Assembly: GCA_002269645.1 (NCBI GenBank)
Contig: NIVC01000397.1
Location: 184,463-248,462 of the forward strand
Direction of reading: 5' to 3'
Length of the DNA stretch: 64,000 bases
Source of the DNA: Macrostomum lignano
Lineage: Eukaryota
Shown here: in pieces, positions 8,416 to 18,900 of the stretch
How the letters are laid out: each line of letters opens with the position of its first letter
How positions within the stretch are numbered: position 1 is the stretch's first letter
Position numbers and translations under genes: made by a program
The notes under the pieces: model-generated
Database searches by the model: none
What the model was told of the DNA's origin: nothing
What the model saw: the letters and a program-made list of their open reading frames with translations, nothing else

Positions 8416-9548
8416 TGTAGTGAGTCGCTAGTTTAGTTAGGCGCCGCACTAGTCAGCTGTTGCCCTCGCCTTCTCCCCAGGTTTCTGTCTGCCGCTGGGC
8501 AGTTGCCTGTCCCTCCCGCCTGTCCCTGGCCTGTCCTCTGCCCGTTTGTCTGTCTGTCTGTTTGTCCTCGTTTGCCCCTTTTGTCTCGCTTTCCCTTTTT
8601 GCAGTGCCCAGACAGCTTGGTCTGGCCTGCCTCTGTTTCGTTCTCTGTCAGGCATCTCCAAATTTGGAGTGCCTTCCTGTTTTCCGGTCCCTCGGTCACG
8701 AGTGCCTTCACTTGTGGGCCTTTTCCCCTTGTCATGTGAGTCAGTCACATGACAAGGCCCTCTTCCTTCTTTAGTCCAAAGTGCAATGATTTCATCATTG
8801 TACGCTGGGCTCGTGTTTATGGGGAGATCTCGTGCGCCCGGACCCCCCCTTGCCTCCTCTGAGGCAGGGCCCGCTTGTTTGTTGCTAAAAATAGCAACAG
8901 AGTCACTTATGACTCTCAGCGGGGGCCTTTCGTGCTATGGTGCAATCGATCCTCCCTATAAATGCAGCCCTTCTCCTGGCTTGGCTCAGACATGCCTTTC
9001 TTTCCTTCCGTTAACCGGCCCTTCCGTTTCAGCCTCTCGTTTCTGCGTTTTCAGCGTTCCTACCGTTCCTCGCGTTCCTAGCTTTCCAAGCTTTCCTAGC
9101 GTTCCTTCCGTTTCGTTTCTAGCGAATTCTAAGTTGTGTGCCAAGTTGACGCTTAAGTTGAACTCCAAGACTCCCGACTTTGCGCGTGACTGCCTCTGGC
9201 TCTGATTGTTCCTGCTATCAGCTAGCAGGCCAGCTCAGATCGCCCGAAGCTAGCACTTTCGCTCTCACCCCGCACCAGCCCGGCAGGGACTGCTGACGGT
9301 GGGCACCTCTGCGCGAGAACTGCTAAATCTGCACGAAGTGCGAGTCTCTTTCTCTCGTCTTAGTTATTTGCTTCTACGAGCTCAGCACCTCACCGAAGGC
9401 TGCGACTCTGCGAAGCTGGTGGCAGCACTACCAACGCTACTAGATCAACCCGGAGACTTCCCAGAGGAGCTCAAGCAACTGTACTTCACCGGGGCAGCGT
9501 TCCTATTGAAGGCCTCTAGACAACCACAGGCAAGACACCTGTACTTCA
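8416..9548 (+). repeat. 3' LTR (1133 bp)
   Basis: Starts TGTAGTGA after the PPT and ends TGTACTTCA; the last 490 bp match the window start. Confidence 0.93.
8957..8963 (+). promoter_or_regulatory. LTR TATA-like box
   Basis: TATAAAT about 540 bp into the LTR, upstream of a pyrimidine-rich R-like region. Confidence 0.55.
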
Positions 9549-9565
9549 CTTCGGACTCAACTCAC

Positions 9566-9910
9566 CATTCCCAACGGAGTAGGTGAACCTCAAGCCGAGT
9601 TTGTCTCCGCTGGCTCCAGCTCTCAACACCACGCTGACGAATCCGCTCGCTCTCAGGGTCTTCCTCTCGCCAAGTAGGCCAGTCTGACTGAATATGGGAG
9701 ACTCGCTGAGCCTGGGCTCAACTCCCGTGTACACATTGACTGTATCGTCATGGGGCTGGCCTCCCTCGGCATCAAAGAGCTGCAACTCAACCGTCTGTTG
9801 AGGGTTCACAGCGATGGACCAGGCTCTCGATGAGCCCAATGGTCCTCTGGACGGATAAATTGCTTTGCTTCCCTCAATGTTTTTGATGAGTTCAGTCGGC
9901 ATCGGTAGTT
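9566..9910 (-). CDS. CUB exon, domain 18 (type C)
   Basis: tcccag|AA...AAT G|gtgagt; 345 nt; the donor is 17 bp from the LTR end. Confidence 0.88.
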
Positions 9911-12900
9911 CTGGGATAATGCGAGGGTAAATATGAGTCCAGCTATTATCCGGCCATTAGCAAACAGTGTAAGGCAAGAGTGCTGGCGATACTACACCTT
10001 TTCACGTTCAATTTTGATCAAAGTCCAGTTCTAAAAAAACTAGCGGAAATTCAATTCAGACTGAGGATAATTTTGTCTATGGCTAAACCTTACTTCGGTT
10101 AGAATGTTTTGAACTGGGGTTAGACTGGGCCCAACTGGACATGATCAAAATTGAACGTGAAAAGGTGTAAGAATGTGTTCGCTGGTTAAGTTTGTTACAC
10201 TGAACTCGGCAATTAATCATCGTTTCCTATCGAAGACACTATATATACCTTTTTACGTTCTGTTTGATAAAAACTGCAACCAATTTGGCCACGGCTCAGC
10301 CTGACGCAGCCGCAGCAATTTTCCATAGACAGCCACCGCTAGCGGCAACCAATTTGGTAAAAACTGCGAGCTATTTTGCCAGCTTGAAGATAGCAGCTCA
10401 ATAGCATAACAATAACGATAAAGAATGTTAACAATACATGCACGAAGTCAGAACATTATGTCCTCAGCATTCAAGCACCGATTGAAGTACGTCTGGGAAT
10501 GGTTGATCCAGCGCAGGCACTTGAGAGGCGTGATGCAGTTCAGTGCTTGCTGCACTTCTCTCTTCAGAATGCGCATCCTATGCTGATGCAGTGTCGCACC
10601 TGCTGCAGCAGCCAGTCCAGTATCTGCCAACTCTACCAGTTCGTTCATACGTGGTCACGATGTTCCTCACTGTCGGTTTCTTCATCCCCATCATTCTGCC
10701 AAGCTCTCTCCAGTCGTCGCCGCTCCTGTACGCTCTCACGATTCGCTCTCGATCCAGCTGACTTATCTTTTGGTACGGCCCACGATTCGCCATCAGAGCA
10801 GCTGCTATCTTCAAGCTGGCAAAATAGCTCGCAGTTTCTACCAAATTGGTTGCCGCTAGCGGTGGCTGTCTATGGAAAATTCTATGTCTATGGTCAGGCT
10901 GAGCCGTGGCCAAATTGGTTGCTGTTTTTATCAAATAGAACGTAAAAAGGTATATTATTACCCGCTGTCGTATAATCTGTGGTGACTGCCCGCCCAGTTT
11001 CGTCTATCCGCCCTACATGCTATTGCTGAACATAAACACGGTCCGAACTGTCGTTGTCATTTCCGCGGTTGAAATATCCCATAAACTGGAGTGAGTTAGT
11101 TTAGAAATAATTTTTCATTGATTTGACCAATAATGGAGCCACTGAGTCACCAACGGCAGTGCGAACCGCATTGAAAATTGAAGTACAGTAGAAAGACGCT
11201 AAATCGATTTTCCCAGAAATGAGCTGAAGGTAAGGAACATATAGTACGAGTATAATTGTCGCATCGCTAGTGCTTTTGCTCTCGAGAAGTCGGATTTTTC
11301 TAGCGCGAAGTTTTTTCGACCGAATTATTCTATAGCGAAGCCCCCTTCAGAGCCGTCTAGCTTCCGAATTCTAGCGATTCGGAAAATATTCGATCTTTAC
11401 AAGCGTGCACCTCATTTCTAAAAAAATCGAGTGTGCCGTTCACTTCAGTTGTCCATGGCAAACCGACTTAAGCATATCAAGCGTCTGTACACATTGAATG
11501 CTCTGTAATGAAGGCGTGTTTATACTTATTAAACGTGTTTGAGCAGTTGAACAATCATGTATCTGGGACTCAAAAGCTTATTTATAATATTTCCTTTAAA
11601 TGATGAATAGATGGAAAATGATCATATTTTACCTTCGCTCCCGCTCTGATACGACAGCTTGAAGATGTTGCCACTGACCCGCTTTGTGGTGACTCGAACC
11701 AGCACGGGACCTCTCAGCCTGAACTCTACAGAGGTCGCGTTCGTCATTGACCTGTGCTCAGAGACGAAGGCCAGCCTGTCCTCGCTGGGGTCAGCAGTCA
11801 TCTCGTACAGTCTGACAATATCTGCGTGAGACAGCTTCAGCGAGACCCAGCCTTGACGATCAATGAGCCACCTGTAGTCAGTCTCGAGGTCATACTTCAT
11901 CTCTTCTTCCGCAGGAAGCTGCTCGCCTTCAGAGCAGACAACATCGGCTTTTTCGTCTGTCAGGTTTCTCGATTTTACTAAAACGGTTTCATTCAGAGCG
12001 TACTGAGGAATGATACGAATATTAAAGATGTAAATTATTAGGTTGACGGAAACAGTAACTTCACTTTCTGTTTGTTTTGTTTTGCTTTGTTTTGTCACTC
12101 TCTGTAAATGTTTACTGACTGACTTAATTAACAACAACTTACTTCTGCTGTCAAGAGCCGAGTAAGATAAGTTGAAGCCCGCCTTGGTGACACTGTAGTC
12201 AGTAACGAATTGGATCAGCACCGGACCAACGACCTGGGCTGTTTTGTTATTTCTTGTCACAGTAAACACTTTCTCAGAATCCTGAGCATCTTCAGAAAGC
12301 TGAGTCTTCTCATAGAAACTGATTTTATCGATTCCCGCTTCAACGTCATACGAGTCAACCTTAATCTCGAGCAGGCTCAGATCGCCGATCCACCAGGCGT
12401 ACGTTTTGCTGTTTAAATAGTTGCCACTGCCGAAGTTCTCTGGGCATTGAAGCTTTCCTGAGTCGACTGAAAAGGCATCGAAAATTGAATAGACATCAGA
12501 TGCTTTGCATTGGCTCAAATTTAGACCCACCTTGCATGCTAAAATTTAACTTAAATAATAATAATTAACATTACCAATTACTATAAACAGTAATGAGAGT
12601 ATCTGGAACTCAGGAATTCGAAACTCACCCACGTATCGATCGAGATAATAATCGATTATAAAGCCTCTTGACGCGTTCTGACGATCAGTTTTAAACTGGA
12701 TCAACGCAGGTCCAATCAAAACATACTTTCTTGAGCTCCAGCTGTCTCCAGTCAGTGTGTATTTTCTGTTCTCAGTCTGCGGTTCCGCCGAAGAGTCAGT
12801 CTTTTCATAGAATTCAACCACATCGTTTGCGTCCTGAATGCCCATGCTTCTAACTGTCAAAAAGACAACTCTGCTCGATGGGATGTACCAACGATAGTCC

Positions 12901-15900
12901 ATCTGATGCTCGTAGGCTTCATACTCTTCATTCGGACACCTGATGCTGCCCGAATCGTTCAGCAGATTACGGGAAACTAAAAATTTAAAAGAAGTGGCTT
13001 GGTGGAGAAACACTCACGTGCATAAAAACCGAGCGTCGGAATACGCAGAGCTGCTAAATTTTACACCATGAACTCAAAATTTTAAACCAAGTAAATGCAT
13101 AAAACACCAAAATGGCTCACAAGTTCGTTCCTCAACCGTATAAGACAAACTGAAGCCTTGGCCAACAAGAGACTCATCCGTGCTGAACCGGATCAGCACG
13201 GGACCAATCAGCTTATACGTTACCGATGTCGCATTCGCCTGCGTTAGTGTGAACCTCAGCTTGCTCTCTTCTGGCTCATCGGTTTCTCCATCAGTCATCT
13301 CGTACAACTGGATGATGTCATTTCCGTAGCCAATGTCAGCAGATGTGACAGTGATGAGGACAAAATTCCTTCTGTTGATGGTCCATCTGTACTCCATCTC
13401 GTTAGCGTAAGTCGAGCTGGATTCCTCTGGACAGCGAAGGCTTCCAGAGTCCTCGCTAAGGTAGCGATGCACTGAAAGGAAGTAAGGCTTATGGTCTCAC
13501 CACGGTCTCGCGGTGCACTGAAAAGGGCAAGAGCTCACCGTTTCTGATTTGATAATCGAACTGAAAGCTAAGGACCAAATCATTGCAGTATCGAACAGAA
13601 CTAGACTCTTGTATCTGTTCCCAGTAAACGGAAACAGGTCCACTTTGACTGACGTGCTGTGACAATGTCAGTCCCTTGAACTGAGCCTCAGAGCTATCAT
13701 TTGAGAGTGCCTGAGTAAGCCAATTTCCAGCATAAACGAACAAACCGCAGGTATACGAATCGTAAAATTCTGCGTCTCCTTTGAAAAGAATATGAACGGT
13801 GAATTCATGACTCGGGTTTGGCGCAATGACCCAAACAATTTTTGCTTTTTCAGTCCTGTCGCTGGTATCAAATTTAGGGAAACTCCGTCTGGTACCTCGA
13901 CTGCTCTTCACTACTTCAACCGCATTTTCCACTGCAAGAAGGTTTGATTGGGATAGAAATGGTTCACGATTACGTTACATGTAGTTTACGTTCTCCAAAG
14001 GCTTACACTTCAAATCGGGATCTGACTGATATGCCAGCTGGAAGCTTCTCGGGCTGCCGTCTCCCGCTGCCGTGATGCGAATTAAAACAGATCCTCTCAG
14101 CCAGAACTCCGACTCGCTGGCACTCGCATCTGCTAGCACAAATCTTCTCTTGAGATCATCCTTGGACGTGGTGTTTTCGTACAGATGAAGCTTGTCTCCG
14201 TCCTGGAGATTGAGGGAACGAACATTGATGCGAACAGAACCGCTGCTTTGAATGATCCAGCTGTAATCCATGTCCAAGTCGAAAGCTGAACTATCCGACG
14301 AGTTTTGAGGGAACCTGATTTCTCCCAATCGTCCCGACAGTAAAACTTTAAGTTCAAAGAGGAATAGATCATGTAGACTAAAGTAGTATGACTATATTTT
14401 TACATTAGTTATTGTTAAAAAATGAAAACAAAGTATGTATAATTACCGTTTTCCACTGAATACTTAAGGCCGAACCCTCGCTTTGCTTCATTGGCGTCGG
14501 TTCTCAGCACCACGGTGACGAATCCGCTCGCTCTCAGCGTCTTCCTCTCGCCAAGTAGGCCAGTCTGACTGAATATGGGAGACTCACTGAGCCTGGGCTC
14601 AACTCCCGTGTACACACTGACTGTATCGCCATGCGGCTGGCCTCCCTCGGCATCAAAGAGCTGCAGCTCCACAGTCTGTTGAGGGCTCACAGCGATGGAC
14701 CAGGCTCTTGCAGAACTCGGTCCGCAGCTGCTTCGACCATCGGGCATGAGGCAGCCCTGCAGTCCGTCCAAGTTTCGCAAAAGCGCAGTTGTCATCGATA
14801 AATCTGCGGGGAAGTTATTTAGAAAAGTCACTGTTCCTATCTAGAGATATAAATTTATTGTCGCTTTCAGACTGCCTCACTTTGTCGGTTGACACTGAAC
14901 GTCGCCCCGAACGGCACTATCATCGGTCTCATCCTTCGCGATTGAAGCCGAACAACTGCTGGGCCTCTTAGTTTGAACTCGGTAGACATCAAATCGCTGA
15001 GCGGTGCATCAGTCAGGGAGAACACGCGACTCCTTGGAGTTGGGATCTTCGTCCTCTCGTGCAGCTCTAGCTTGTCGCAACCGCTTAGCAATTGAGCCTG
15101 CACGAATCGAATGCTGACCGCTGCTGTTGTGTCGACAACCCACCTGCGGTCAATCTCCATGTCGTAGCCATCAGTATCGCAGACATCCAGTCCAATGGCA
15201 TTCCTCAAGTTGCTTGACTGCACTCCAATTTCACCTTGAGTCTGTGTCAGAACACTGGATATTACTAAAATATTATAGAAACCGTGCATTATTCAGACAA
15301 TAGAAAATACCAAAGACGCGTAAGATGGAATCACAAACATCAAAGTGACATTAGCATACCGAATTGGTCTCCTATTTCATAGGAAAAGTTTAGAGCTCTT
15401 TGCATTGGCCGACCAGCTGTAACTAACTTGATCATAACAGGTCCGATCAGTCTGTATGTAGATGAAGTAGCATTCCCCTTCGTCAGTGTAATGTTTGCAG
15501 TTGACGAGTCCTTTCTCCATAACTGGATTTTGTCGCAGCAGTCTGAGATTTCCACCCCACTGAATTTGACTGCCACAGCTGCCTTTCGGTCGATTTTCCA
15601 AATGTAGTTTACCTGGGCTTTGGTAAATGATGGCGGGTTCACCCACCGAACTTCACCCGAGTCGCCTGACAGACCTGAAAGTTCGAATTCAACTTTTAAA
15701 TAGTCTTATGAAGCAGCTTTCATAAATGAAAATAATTCATGAATGCATATATTTTTATGTTTTGAAACGAGCCAGGTAAAACAATGCAGAAATCTATTAT
15801 GAACTCCTAAATTCTAATTAAAATCAAATTATAATCAAACTTTGAACAAAAATTACTATACTAATTATTTCTTACTTGAGGTTTCTTCTAGATAGTATGT

Positions 15901-18900
15901 CATGTGAAACCCGTCACGATTGTTACTGCCGTCAGTTTTGAACCTGATGAGCACTGGTCCCTTCAAGGTGTATGTTTCATTGTATCCGCTCCCTGTAAGC
16001 TTGTACTTTAGTTTATTTTCGTCAGGCTTCTCATGCACCGGTGAGTTTTCGTACAAGCCGATCCAATCATAACTACTCTCAGTATCATAGCGAATAAACG
16101 TAAGCACCACCGGTTTCTGCTCATTGATGCTCCACTCGTAGTCAACGTTGTTATCGTACTTAGAGTATCCATAGTTCTCCGGATATGAAAGGTTTCCACT
16201 GTCCACTGGAAGGATTTAAGGAAAATATAATAACGAGTAAAAAGCGGTTGTTTAGTATGTGCAGACAAAATATTCCCAGAAAGACTGAAAGCTTTTAGGC
16301 AATATGTGCTAACAAATTTCACGGAAACATTGCGAATTGGATGCTTACAGATTTTTCTGCCAGCCTGATAGTAGAGCTGAAAGCCGGGAGCAGTAACTTG
16401 AGAGTTCGTTCTGAACCGGATGAGCACTGGTCCGACCAGCGTAATATTCGACGTTTCTGCAGCCTCCTGAGTCACATTGAGCTTCCATCTCTGCCGATCT
16501 GGCTCTCCACTCTCATCGACCTTCTCATAGAACTCGATGGTGTCTTGAATGTCAATAAAGTCGAACCGAATGACGATGATGCTTTTTCGATTGATTGTCC
16601 ATCGGTAGTCCATGGACTTCTCATAGTTCACCAGTGCGGTCTCGGGGCAGAAAATATTGCCGGAGTCATAATTCAACATTCGGTGTACTGCAAAACGTAA
16701 ATGAGAGTATTTCTACACAGTAAGTTTTATGCTAGCTAATAATCATCTCTCAGTTAGTAGCTTAAAGAGAATTCAAAAGAATTGGAATTCTTGATATCCA
16801 CTAGTTTTCTACGAGCCAAAATTCCAGTTCACAACCATGCAACTGGCTGTGCAGTGTTTATACTTTCTTCGAAAATACATGCGTGCGAAACCGTAAGTTT
16901 TATCTTCAAACAACATGGTCGGATTTCGATAGGATACGAATCGACAATTCGATAAGACCCTAAAGTCACAACTCAATGAAATGAACATGCTGAGATAAGA
17001 ATCGGCAATTCGATAAGATCCTAAAGTCACAACTCAATGAAATGAGCATTCTGAGATAAGAATCGACAATTCGATAAGATCCTAAAGTCACAACTCAATG
17101 AAATGAACATGCTGAGATAAGAATCGACAATTCGATAAGACCCTAAAGTCACAACTCAATGAAATTAACATGCTGAGATAAGAATCGACAATTCGATATG
17201 ACCCTAAAAATACAACTCAATGAAATGAATATTCTGACTTACAAGTCCGCTCTTCAGTAGTGTAGGACAGATTGAATCCCTGACCAACAAAATCTTTGCC
17301 CGTGACGAACCGGACCATGACTGGACCCGGCAGTCGGTAGGCCCCCCGTGCTGTAGCATTCGACTGAGTCAGAACGAACTTCAGCTTGGCCTGCTGTGGC
17401 TCGTCGGTCAAGTAGGTCTCCTCGTACAGCTCGATGACACCACTCCCAATGTCCACGGTTGTGACCTCGATAACAACTAAGTTAAGCCGGTTGACTGTCC
17501 ATCTGTACTCCATTTCGCTCTCGTAGGTCTCACCAGACACCTGAGGACATCGAATTGACCCCGAGTCTTTTATGAGAGGCTCTTGAGCTGAAAAAAGAAA
17601 GAAAAACAACGATGCTCTTAGCTGCTTGCCAGGGAAATAAAATTCGACTAAAATCTGAACGCATTTTGAGTATTTCATTAAAGAACATTGCAAATAACTA
17701 CTTATAGAAGACAATGACTGCATTAATACATAAAAATGCTAACATTCATTACCGTTTGCTAACTGAAACTTGAACTCTTGCTGAAATCTAATGAAGCTCG
17801 AAGCCCTTGGTCGATAAACCACAGTCAGAGGACCGTTGTACCTGACGATGCTCGCATACGGGATCCGCTGGAGTGGCTCAGAACTCGACAAGCTGGTGAC
17901 GGCTCCCTCATAGAGACTTATTGCGATTCCTGACACCACTGGTAGCTCTGGCAGGTTCAACAGAACTGAGCGCCCGGGCTTGGCTGCAATGACCCATGCA
18001 GTAGGCGACCCGTTCTCGGGGATAAGAACTCTCGAGCCTCGATAGCCGTCAATCAGCTCAACAGCCATGTCAGTATCTGCAGTGTCACACAAGCAGTTGC
18101 GTCAATCGCATATCTATGCTTGTCACCAAAGAGACAGCGAAGACAAATTTTTAGGAAATTGTCACTCACTGGCCGACTGGTCAGCTGCGTACGACAGCCG
18201 AAAGCCTCTCGACTCGCCGTCTCCGCTGGCAACTAATCGAATCATGACGGGACCGGACAGACGGAACTCCGACTCTCTGGAGCTCGCATCCGTCACCAGG
18301 AATCTCAGAGCCGATTCGTCCTCAGACGTTGTGTTCTCGTAGATGTACAGCTTGCCATTGGGATGGAGGCTTATGGAGGTGAATCGGATGCTGAGTCTAA
18401 TGTCTCTGCTAATGAACCAGCGGTAATCTATGTCGCTGTTGAACTCCGCTGAGCCCTTGGGGAACTCTATCCGCCCACTCGGTTCCTCTTGAGAAGCTTA
18501 ATGAAAGTGTGGAAATATTACTGATTGAGTTTTAGTCACCAACAAAGTTGTTGAAATTGTCATTGTATTGACTGTGTATATTCTGATTCACTTTTACCTG
18601 ATTTATGTGACTCACGCATTTGGCTATTATGCCCTACATCGCACTATATGCTAAGCTTTTCGTTGCACTTCGATTATCATAGTTCAAAACGATTCTTACT
18701 GCTGTACACAGTGTAGGAGAGACCGAGCCCACGTCGTGATCGTCTGGCTTCTGTCGTCAGCACCACAGTGACGAATCCGTTCGCTCTCACGGCCTTCCTC
18801 TCACCAAGTAGTCCAGTCTGACTGAATATCGGGGACTCGCTCAGCAGAGGACGAACGCCATTATACACGCTTATCGTATCCGTATGAGGCTGACTTCCAT

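Larger units (their letters stand above)
1..9548 (+). mobile_element. Ty3/gypsy (Metaviridae) LTR retrotransposon, near full length (5' LTR truncated by window edge)
   Basis: Direct repeats 1-489 and 9059-9548 with only 2 differences seen by eye; PBS, gag, PR-RT-RH-IN domain order, PPT, and TG...CA ends of the 3' LTR. Confidence 0.97.

Noticed and set aside
8786-9205. 139-aa ORF in the LTR
   Set aside because: Spans the promoter and R region, low-complexity S/P/F/V composition, no motif.
11978-12142. Stop-free 165-nt intron giving the 302-aa ORF 11622-12530
   Set aside because: Good donor and acceptor sites, AT-rich, and both flanking exons are complete domains; read-through is probably chance.
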